A stretch of 32,000 bases of DNA from an uncultured Clostridia bacterium (GTDB lineage Bacteria > Bacillota > Clostridia > Christensenellales > UBA1242): NCBI GenBank assembly GCA_944331845.1, contig CALVIT010000003.1, positions 1-32,000 of the forward strand, written 5' to 3'. Below are positions 9,203 through 15,485 of this stretch, in pieces. Made by a program: the position numbers and the translations under genes. Position 1 is the first letter of the stretch. Each line of letters starts with the position of its first letter. The notes below the pieces were generated by a model. It saw only the letters and a list, made by a program, of their open reading frames with translations, ran no database searches and had not been told where the DNA came from.

Positions 9203-10279
9203 ATGGCTAATAATGCAGGTTCATTTATTATAGGTGGCAATGACGAACACGGAATCAACCCACCAACTATAGGTAAAAGAACACCCATAATGCCCTATAT
9301 CAATAGAAGCATCTATGAGAACGAATTTAACTACCCAACAAAGAACTATTTTCTTATCGCCTGTCTGCGAACAGGTTTTAACATTTTTGATGTTAAACCA
9401 GAGAGAACCGACACAGGACTTAATACAAGAGTCAATAGAGTTAACGCACAGAATTTATCAGCATTAGTTACCTTTGCCTACAACGCAGCAGGCAATGAAT
9501 TAGTATTCAGCGATGCTAACGGTGTAGAAGTCTACTACTCCCCACTCAATGTACAAGTAGACAAGAGTAGAACTCTAGCAAACGATGTATATAACTATGT
9601 AATACAAGGAACACCGCAGTTAGGACGAGGAGTCAAGACACTAGATGTAGCGATGCTATCTTCCGTAAATTGCCCAGCGACATTGGTTGAAGCGGGATTT
9701 ATGACAAATTATGATGAAGCGAAATTTATGCTCGACCCAGACTTCCAAAAGGAAACAGCAAACGAAAGTTGTCAAGGCGTATGTCAATTCTTAGATGTCA
9801 ACTACATACCAGAGATTACAAGCACAACGAATCTTCCACTTTTAAGAAACGGAAGTCGAGGCAGAGCAGTTCAGGCAATGCAATACTACCTAATTCAAAA
9901 CGGGTTCAACCCAGGCACACCAGATGGCATCTTTGGAACGAACACACAAAGAGCGGTAGAGAATTTCCAACGACAAAACGGACTTGTAGTCGACGGAATA
10001 GTTGGACCAAACACTTGGCGAAACTTGCTTGTGCTTAACCCACAAAATGTGTTGTTAAGGAAAGGAAGCAGTGGTTCATATGTAAGATACCTACAACAAA
10101 AATTGACTGCTAAATTATTCCCATTAGGCACAATTGACAACATATTCGGTTCACAAACAGAGAATGCAGTACGAACATTCCAACAAGAGAACGGACTAAC
10201 AGTTGACGGAATAGTCGGTCCAAACACTTGGAGCAAACTCATTCCAATCGGTGGCGGCCGCCCCTTCCCATTTAATTAA
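9203..10279 (+). CDS. Amidase_3-type N-acetylmuramoyl-L-alanine amidase domain fused to two PG_binding_1 repeats; no signal peptide
   Basis: Start moved to the ATG at 9203 (MANNAGSF..), which follows AAGGAG with 9-nt spacing. N-terminal domain has Amidase_3 landmarks: EHG..GKRTP, YENEFN, GVEVYY, LVEAGFMTN. Two C-terminal repeats of the pattern G..G..V..hQ..L......DGIFG..T..AV..FQ..NGL.VDGIVGPNTW. Confidence 0.8.
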   Translation: MANNAGSFIIGGNDEHGINPPTIGKRTPIMPYINRSIYENEFNYPTKNYFLIACLRTGFNIFDVKPERTDTGLNTRVNRVNAQNLSALVTFAYNAAGNELVFSDANGVEVYYSPLNVQVDKSRTLANDVYNYVIQGTPQLGRGVKTLDVAMLSSVNCPATLVEAGFMTNYDEAKFMLDPDFQKETANESCQGVCQFLDVNYIPEITSTTNLPLLRNGSRGRAVQAMQYYLIQNGFNPGTPDGIFGTNTQRAVENFQRQNGLVVDGIVGPNTWRNLLVLNPQNVLLRKGSSGSYVRYLQQKLTAKLFPLGTIDNIFGSQTENAVRTFQQENGLTVDGIVGPNTWSKLIPIGGGRPFPFN

Positions 10280-10281
10280 GC

Positions 10282-10317
10282 AAAAAAGCAAAACATTTAT
10301 AGTGTTTTGCTTTTTTT
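10282..10317 (+). terminator. Rho-independent terminator after the amidase gene
   Basis: Stem aaaaagcaaaaca (10283-10295) / tgttttgcttttt (10303-10315), loop tttatag, then a T-run. Confidence 0.8.
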
Positions 10318-10554
10318 AACTTCTTACTTGAGTTATACATTTAATATTATATTTTATATCATTATTTTGGCTAATTTATAATTAAAACAAATTTAATAAA
10401 AAACAGTGAGACAGATATGTCCATATATTTATTATAAATCCTGCATAGACATACAACAATGCTAGTTAAAAGTATAAAAAAATTTTTATATTTTTTGTTA
10501 AAATTTAGATAATACATTGTATAATATATGGTATAATGTTTAAGAGAGGTACAT

Positions 10555-12363
10555 ATGATAACTATTAAAAATATATATACAGGAAAATTAGATGCAAGAA
10601 ATGAAGTTATGAAACCAAATAATAATTTTTATAAAAGTTTCATTATTCCCCCTAATTTAGATATTGAAGACCTAATTAACGATGATAAATTTTTTATAAA
10701 AGGTTATAAAGGATCGGGGAAAACAGCATTATTATATTATTTAAATAATTATTTGCATGAAAAAGATACCAGCACTATAACTTCTTTTATTTACTTTAAG
10801 GATTATTCCAATATGCAAAAAGCTAGCATGAATAATGTTACAGAGAAATTTTATAATCAAACAGAAGAAAATGTTATATTTGACAAAAAAACTATGGTAA
10901 AAGAACAAAGTTTTATTTATATTTGGAGATGGATTTTTTTTGAAAGACTTGTGTCAGATAATATTCAAAGTAATTATTCAATTTTTGTAAAAAATGAGAT
11001 GTGGAACAACTTTGAAAAAACATTGCGCAATATCACATACGAAAGATATGGTGACAAGCCAGATAAATTTCCTAAAAAATTAAAAATTTCTTTGGGATTT
11101 GCAAAATTTAGTTTATCATCAGAAATGGCTTTTGATTCAAAAAGCAATTGTGAAGCCTATGGTGCATTTGTGGAAATTATAGATAAAGCAATTACGTACT
11201 TTAACAAATTAACTAAAACTGAAACTCCTTATTATTTATTCATTGACGAATTGGAAGCATATTTTTCCGATATAAATTTATTTAAAAGAGATTTGACTAT
11301 GCTAAGAGACTTAATTTTTGTCGTTAAAGAAATAAATTGCGTTTTTATTTCATGGGGCAAAGTCCCGATCAAAATATTTTGTTCAATAAGAACAGAAATT
11401 ATTAATAGTATTAATAGATTTATAGTTGGAAAAGAGTTAAACAAAGTAACAAGTGGTTATGATGTTTTGTTATCTTGGAATTTCTCAAATTCCAACTCAT
11501 ATAAGCACCCAATTTTTCAAATTTTATTAAAAAGAATTGCTTTAGCAGAAGAAAAAGACATGTTTAATGAAAATGAGCAAGAAAAATTATTTTCAAAATG
11601 GTTCCCAGAAAAAATGTATGGATTTGATCCCGTTGAATTTTATTTAATGCAAACTTGGTACAAACCAAGAGACATTGTTAGATTCTTACTCTCTTGTCAC
11701 AATTCTTTAGCTAATACCAAAGATTGTTTTGATACATTTGTGTATCAACAAGCTATTGAAGAATATTCCTCCGAAAGTATGAAAGAAGTTATAGAAGAAC
11801 TAAACGCAAATTATACGCCAGAAGAAATATCTCAAATATTATTACTTTTTAGAGGCTTTAAAGCTCAATTTTCTTTGAAAGAAATTAAAAATAGAATTAT
11901 AAACATTATTCCAAACTATAACATGGAAAAACTAAACCAATTATTGAATGATTTATATAGAGTCGGTTTTATAGGCAATGTTGAAAGCATATCAGGGACA
12001 TACGCATGGCAACATAGAGGAAATGATGGTCCAATTATCAATGATGAATGGAAATTTGTTGTTCACAAAGCTTTGAGAAAAAATCTTTTAATCAGTAGCA
12101 GGCAAGATATAATTAAATCTACAGGCAAAAAAAATTTTATATATGAAGGCGAAATTTATGATGCAACTATAGTGAAAAAATATTACAATCTTTTATTGGT
12201 AGAATTTTATAAAAATGATAGAAGATATAAAGGTGCCATAACAGATGTCGATACTAGCAATTATTTCGAACATCAAACTATTACATGTAAAGTCATAGGC
12301 TACAACGATGAGCATAAAAAATGGAATTTAACTATCTGCAACGAAAATGAAAAGATAATTTAA
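10555..12363 (+). CDS. Orphan P-loop NTPase (602 aa) with a winged-helix-like region and a C-terminal S1/OB-fold-like domain
   Basis: SD AGAGAGG lies 5 nt before the ATG. Walker A GYKGSGKT (aa 50-57). Walker B YYLFIDE (aa 226-232). WYKPRDIVRF motif (aa 368-377). LNDLYRVGFIG..YAWQH (aa ~464-487) looks winged-helix-like. The last ~65 aa (GEIYDATIVKKYYNLLLVEFYKNDRRYKGAITDVD..ITCKVIGYNDEHKKWNLTI) follow an S1/OB pattern. The gene is visibly more AT-rich than its housekeeping neighbours. Confidence 0.85.
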   Translation: MITIKNIYTGKLDARNEVMKPNNNFYKSFIIPPNLDIEDLINDDKFFIKGYKGSGKTALLYYLNNYLHEKDTSTITSFIYFKDYSNMQKASMNNVTEKFYNQTEENVIFDKKTMVKEQSFIYIWRWIFFERLVSDNIQSNYSIFVKNEMWNNFEKTLRNITYERYGDKPDKFPKKLKISLGFAKFSLSSEMAFDSKSNCEAYGAFVEIIDKAITYFNKLTKTETPYYLFIDELEAYFSDINLFKRDLTMLRDLIFVVKEINCVFISWGKVPIKIFCSIRTEIINSINRFIVGKELNKVTSGYDVLLSWNFSNSNSYKHPIFQILLKRIALAEEKDMFNENEQEKLFSKWFPEKMYGFDPVEFYLMQTWYKPRDIVRFLLSCHNSLANTKDCFDTFVYQQAIEEYSSESMKEVIEELNANYTPEEISQILLLFRGFKAQFSLKEIKNRIINIIPNYNMEKLNQLLNDLYRVGFIGNVESISGTYAWQHRGNDGPIINDEWKFVVHKALRKNLLISSRQDIIKSTGKKNFIYEGEIYDATIVKKYYNLLLVEFYKNDRRYKGAITDVDTSNYFEHQTITCKVIGYNDEHKKWNLTICNENEKII

Positions 12364-12385
12364 ATGAACTAAGGTTTTATTTATT

Positions 12386-12461
12386 TGGTGTGAGTGGGCA
12401 GGGTCGAACTGCCGACGTTTCGCTTAGGAGGCGAACCCTCTTCCTACTGAGGTACACCCAC
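12386..12461 (-). tRNA. tRNA-Arg (anticodon CCT), 76 nt, CCA encoded
   Basis: The reverse complement folds as a cloverleaf: acceptor GTGGGTG/CACTCAC (one G-T pair), D-stem CCTC/GAGG, anticodon stem TTCGC/GCGAA with loop CTCCTAA, variable loop ACGTC, T-arm GGCAG-TTCGACC-CTGCC, discriminator A, then CCA. Confidence 0.9.
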
Positions 12462-12483
12462 ATTTGTTGTTTATATATAGCGT

Positions 12484-12511
12484 ATTTTAATTTATTTGCC
12501 CTTCTTTGCAA
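12484..12511 (-). promoter_or_regulatory. Candidate sigmaA promoter for tRNA-Arg: TTGCAA - 16 nt - TAAAAT
   Basis: On the minus strand the -35 TTGCAA is at 12511-12506 and the -10 TAAAAT at 12489-12484, about 20 nt upstream of the mature tRNA 5' end. Confidence 0.5.
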
Positions 12512-12691
12512 ATTTATGTTTTTTATTATGGCTCTTTGCCAATAATGTGAGGCAATAAAGTCATAGTAAAATTTGATAATATACTATAACATATTAAAGA
12601 GCGTTTATGCTTTTTTGTTGCCCCACGAATATTATAAAACCTAAATTATTAATATTTGTCATTATTCTTTAACATTTCATAATTTATAATT

Positions 12692-12778
12692 ATGTGTCTC
12701 AATATTTTAATCTTGTAACTATGTTTGTCAATATTGTAGATTTGATTACCATGTGTTATAAAATTTTAATTACTGCAG
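12692..12778. repeat. Three contiguous degenerate ~29-bp tandem repeats (ATGTkTswCAATATTtTAryyTGwwAC)
   Basis: Copies at 12692-12720, 12721-12750 and 12751-12778, read directly from the sequence. Confidence 0.55.
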
Positions 12779-12868
12779 TTTTAGAATTTAATTTTTATTT
12801 GCTATATATTATGGTCATTTCAATCAATATTCTATGAATTTATTTATTATTTAGTTATATTGATAAAT

Positions 12869-13084
12869 TATTATATCACATAATTTGTATTTTTGCTAGT
12901 ATTTTTTTAATATTTAAAATTTAATATTACATAATTTGTTTATTTGCATTTTTAGTACATTAAAATTTTATGTTTTCTATTTGTTTTTGAGATAATTATA
13001 TTTTAAATTACATATTTTGTATTTTTTTAGTTTTAAGAAGATTATAGTTTTTTATTACAAAATTTGTTTTTGTTTGTATTTTTA
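12869..13084. repeat. Four dispersed direct copies of a ~30-35-bp motif (ATTAyATyACAwAATTTGTwTwTTTG...TATTTTT)
   Basis: Copies start near 12869, 12921, 13003 and 13050, all in the same orientation. They lie immediately downstream (minus-strand sense) of the IS30-like remnant. Confidence 0.55.
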
Positions 13085-13152
13085 ATTGGTTAAAGTTTTA
13101 TTTAGTATAATTTTCGTTAGTATTTTAGTTAATTATAGAGAAAATTGTCAAC

Positions 13153-13340
13153 TTAAATGCAACGCCCCAAAAAGTCCATTAGGGGGGGGGAGTAACTCAA
13201 CCTTTTTTGTGGTCTATTATTTATTTCTTCAACTATCTCATCTAATTCTTCTTGTGTTGTGCAATAACAATATTTTTATTCTTAATTAAATATTTTAGTA
13301 TTTGTCGTTAGATGAAGTCTAATGTTTTATAAAAAATTTG
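13153..13340 (-). pseudogene. Decayed C-terminal remnant of an IS30-family transposase containing a C9 (G9 on plus strand) homopolymer
   Basis: Minus-strand translation of 13275..13153 gives KYCYCTTQEELDEIVEEINNRPQKRLSYSPPLMDFLGRCI*. This matches the IS30-family C-terminal signature (..T.EL..ia..LNNRPRK.L.(F/Y)(K/R)TP.E.). The reading frame is only 40 codons and is preceded by an in-frame TAA. Another frame at about 13340-13308 reads QIFYKTLDF, resembling RQYFPKGTDF. No intact DDE region was found upstream. Confidence 0.5.
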
Positions 13341-13448
13341 TGTCTTATTAATTATCATAAATATTATTGTTATTTTCGACTATTACACTAAACAAAATTT
13401 AAAAATTTTATGCTTTTTGTTAATTTCACTAAAATTACAAATAATAAC

Positions 13449-13477
13449 AAAAAAAACTGTAGTTTGTGCTACAGTTT
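13449..13477 (-). terminator. Rho-independent terminator downstream of the DUF2188-type gene
   Basis: Stem aactgtag (13455-13462) / ctacagtt (13469-13476), loop tttgtg. The flanking A8 run is a T-run on the minus strand. Confidence 0.65.
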
Positions 13478-13604
13478 CTTTTGTATTATAAATTAGGTAT
13501 TAGTAATAGTTCAATAATCAAATGTAATTAATTACAATAATTAAGAACATATTTATTCTATCAACTTCTTCTATCTAATTTATTATATCTAATAATATTA
13601 TTTA

Positions 13605-14267
13605 TTAGTTTTTCTTTTGGAATTTGCCGTTCTTTTTGTGAATTGCAAGTCCAGAATCGTGGTTCTTTGCTATTTCTTTAGCAAATGCTGTTGCTTCTTC
13701 TTTGGTTGCAAATCTCTTTGTCGCTCTTTGTGCGCCATCTTTTTTGACAACCCAATCTTTCTTATCTTTGTCGTATGTTACACGATATTTCTCTGCTGTT
13801 TTTGCTGTCACTTTAGTTTCCCCCTCTTTTTTCTCTTCTTTAGTATCTACTGTCTCTGTAGATTCTAGAGTTGTTTCTTCGCTTTCTTTCTCTTCTTTCT
13901 CTACTGATTTACTAACTGTTACTGTCGCACCTTGTTCGTTACTTACTTTTTTTTTAGACTTTTTCTTGCTTTCAGTTTCTACAGGAATGAAATCAATTTC
14001 TTCGTCTTCTTTGACTTCTTCCTTGTTGTCTTCTTGCGCTTCCTTCTTTAAAGACTTTTTCACTTCTTTGACTTCTTCTTGTTTAGGTTCTGTGGTTTCT
14101 TCTTGTTTTGACTCTTCTTCTTTTTGTTGGTTGTCATTCTGTGCGTTTGCTTGGTCTAAGAGTTGCTTATCTTTATTTAATTGTGTTTTAAGAACAATCA
14201 AAATTACCACCAACGCTATGATGATAACGATACCAACAATAAGCCACCAATAATCTCCTATATTCAT
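13605..14267 (-). CDS. Membrane-anchored protein: N-terminal TM helix, K/E-rich low-complexity linker, C-terminal DUF2188-like domain
   Basis: SD GAGAGG lies 5 nt before the ATG. TM segment WWLIVGIVIIIALVVILIVL. About 130 aa of K/E/T-rich linker. The C-terminus YRVTYDKDKKDWVVKKDGAQRATKRFATKEEATAFAKEIAKNHDSGLAIHKKNGKFQ fits the DUF2188 pattern (W.VkkeGa.RasK.f.TK.EA...A..iAkn....L.IHkkdG.iq). Confidence 0.75.
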   Translation of the reverse strand: MNIGDYWWLIVGIVIIIALVVILIVLKTQLNKDKQLLDQANAQNDNQQKEEESKQEETTEPKQEEVKEVKKSLKKEAQEDNKEEVKEDEEIDFIPVETESKKKSKKKVSNEQGATVTVSKSVEKEEKESEETTLESTETVDTKEEKKEGETKVTAKTAEKYRVTYDKDKKDWVVKKDGAQRATKRFATKEEATAFAKEIAKNHDSGLAIHKKNGKFQKKN

Positions 14268-14573
14268 AATAACCTCTCTTTTATAGTAGTTTAACTACCT
14301 ATGATTATAGTATACACCATTTTATTATTAATTACAATAACTTTATTAAATTTTGTTTATAATTTTATTAAATTTTAATCATAAGCAAAATATCTAAATA
14401 ATGAATGTTATAGCACACTTACTTTATGTACTACAAAAAATCTAATGACAAATATACAATGAATTACTTAAATTAAAATCGTAAGTCCTTACGACACATA
14501 ACTACATTGTATAACTTTAACCTTAATATAAATGAATATATATCATTATTAACATTTACAAAGAAATAATAGA

Positions 14574-14634
14574 ACACAACAATATAATTATGCATAATAT
14601 GAATTGTAACACGCTATAAAAAATATCGTGTTAC
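14574..14634 (+). promoter_or_regulatory. Candidate sigmaK-type promoter (AC - 17 nt - CATAATATG, 14574-14601) plus an 8-bp 5'-UTR stem-loop (gtaacacg 14606-14613 / cgtgttac 14627-14634) abutting the SD
   Basis: The -10 matches CATAnnnTA except at the last base. The hairpin was read directly from the sequence. Confidence 0.3.
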
Positions 14635-14649
14635 TTAGAGGTGTTAATA

Positions 14650-14997
14650 ATGTGTATTTTTTGCGGATGCAATAATTGTTGCTGTCAACGCAGACCTTGC
14701 TATCGCCCAATATTAAGAACAACTAATGTTGTACCTACATCTAACATTATAGTTGGCCCTGTAGGTCCAACAGGTGCGACCGGAGCAACGGGCGCTACAG
14801 GTCCAGCGTTCACTATATCCATAGGAACAGTAACTACAGGAGCGCCTGGCACAACAGCATCAGTAACAAGTCAACTTGTTGGCACAAACTATGTGCTAAA
14901 CTTCGTTATTCCACAAGGGGCAACCGGTCCTACAGGAGCAACTGGTCCTACAGGGGCAACGGGAGCTACGGGTGCAACTGGTGCTACAGGTGCATAA
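14650..14997 (+). CDS. Cys-rich collagen-like (GXT-repeat) small protein, BclA/exosporium-like (115 aa)
   Basis: The ATG at 14650 follows AGAGGTG with 6-nt spacing. The first 17 residues ([17 protein letters not shown]) contain 7 Cys. Next comes a short G-X-Y run ([17 protein letters not shown]). Then a ~45-aa block [37 protein letters not shown], of the kind seen in clostridial/bacillus collagen-like spore and phage-fibre proteins. A second G-X-T run extends to the stop codon. The GXT-coding stretches are visibly G/C-enriched relative to the AT-rich flanks. Confidence 0.75.
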   Translation: MCIFCGCNNCCCQRRPCYRPILRTTNVVPTSNIIVGPVGPTGATGATGATGPAFTISIGTVTTGAPGTTASVTSQLVGTNYVLNFVIPQGATGPTGATGPTGATGATGATGATGA

Positions 14998-15245
14998 AGC
15001 AAATAAATTGACTAAATTACAACAAAAATAATGTTAATCTATTCAATAATCTATAATAACCACAACAATCAATGACATAATCTATAATAGGTAATTAACT
15101 AAATTATTAGGTTATGTATTAGATCACTAAAGTTAAAATAACATTTCGTAAAATTAATTATGATTATCACAAATTAATTATAATTATTTTATGGCAACTT
15201 ATAAATGTTAATAAGGATAAGGACAAAATAGATTAAACTTAACTT

Positions 15246-15285
15246 AAAAAAGGCAAATAACTTAAATATGTTATTTGCCTTTTTG
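15246..15285. terminator. Bidirectional rho-independent terminator between the convergent collagen-like gene and metG
   Basis: Stem aaaaaggcaaataac (15246-15261) / gttatttgccttttt (15270-15284), loop ttaaatat, with A-run and T-run on either side. Confidence 0.8.
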
Positions 15286-15485
15286 TAAAAATAGAATAAA
15301 AAATAATTGTTAAAAAATAGAATATATAAATTTTAACAAAACATTATCTACATTTATCTATATATTATAATTGTTAATATCACTTCATTAGATAAGAAAT
15401 AATCAATTATCTCAATAGACCTTACTTTATAATAAATAACTCTAACTTAATTATTTAAGTATAAGTGAGAGTTATTACTTCAAAA

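Noticed and set aside
9769-10242. ORFs 9769..10038 (+) and 9895..10242 (-) within the amidase gene
   Set aside because: They overlap the PG_binding_1 repeats in other frames, and the two copies of the DNA repeat give repeat-like nonsense peptides. These are shadow ORFs.
10450-10457. CATACAAC and CATACACT (9048-9055) as sigmaE -10 elements upstream of the NTPase and amidase genes
   Set aside because: No ATA-containing -35 element at 13-15 bp spacing. The distance to the start codons is long. Probably chance in AT-rich DNA.
11232-11444. 70-aa antisense ORF inside the NTPase gene
   Set aside because: It is embedded antisense in a well-supported CDS, has no SD, and has an Ile/Leu/Ser/Lys/Asn-heavy composition typical of antisense AT-rich sequence.
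8626-13084. AT-rich repeat arrays as possible CRISPR arrays
   Set aside because: The repeats are degenerate rather than identical. They are contiguous or irregularly spaced, without unique spacers of constant length. No cas genes are present in the window.
13086-13289. 67-aa plus-strand ORF in the tRNA-proximal desert
   Set aside because: It is antisense to the IS30-like relic, which explains the open frame. It has no SD and a nonsense hydrophobic sequence containing the G9-encoded GGG.
13617-14253. ORFs 13617..13868 and 13702..14253 (+) opposite the DUF2188-type gene, and 17950..18481 ORFs overlapping the 302-aa membrane protein gene tail
   Set aside because: They are antisense or off-frame products of K/E- or S/T/K-rich low-complexity coding DNA (giving Phe/Ser/Leu/Cys-rich peptides). 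None has an SD.
9203-14997. Interpreting amidase + NTPase + tRNA + DUF2188 + collagen-like gene as one prophage remnant
   Set aside because: The individual genes are phage-compatible: endolysin-like architecture, DUF2188, a fibre-like collagen protein, and a tRNA. However, no capsid, terminase, integrase or portal relics were seen, and each gene is an isolated unit. Sporulation roles explain the amidase and the collagen-like protein equally well. Left as context rather than a call.
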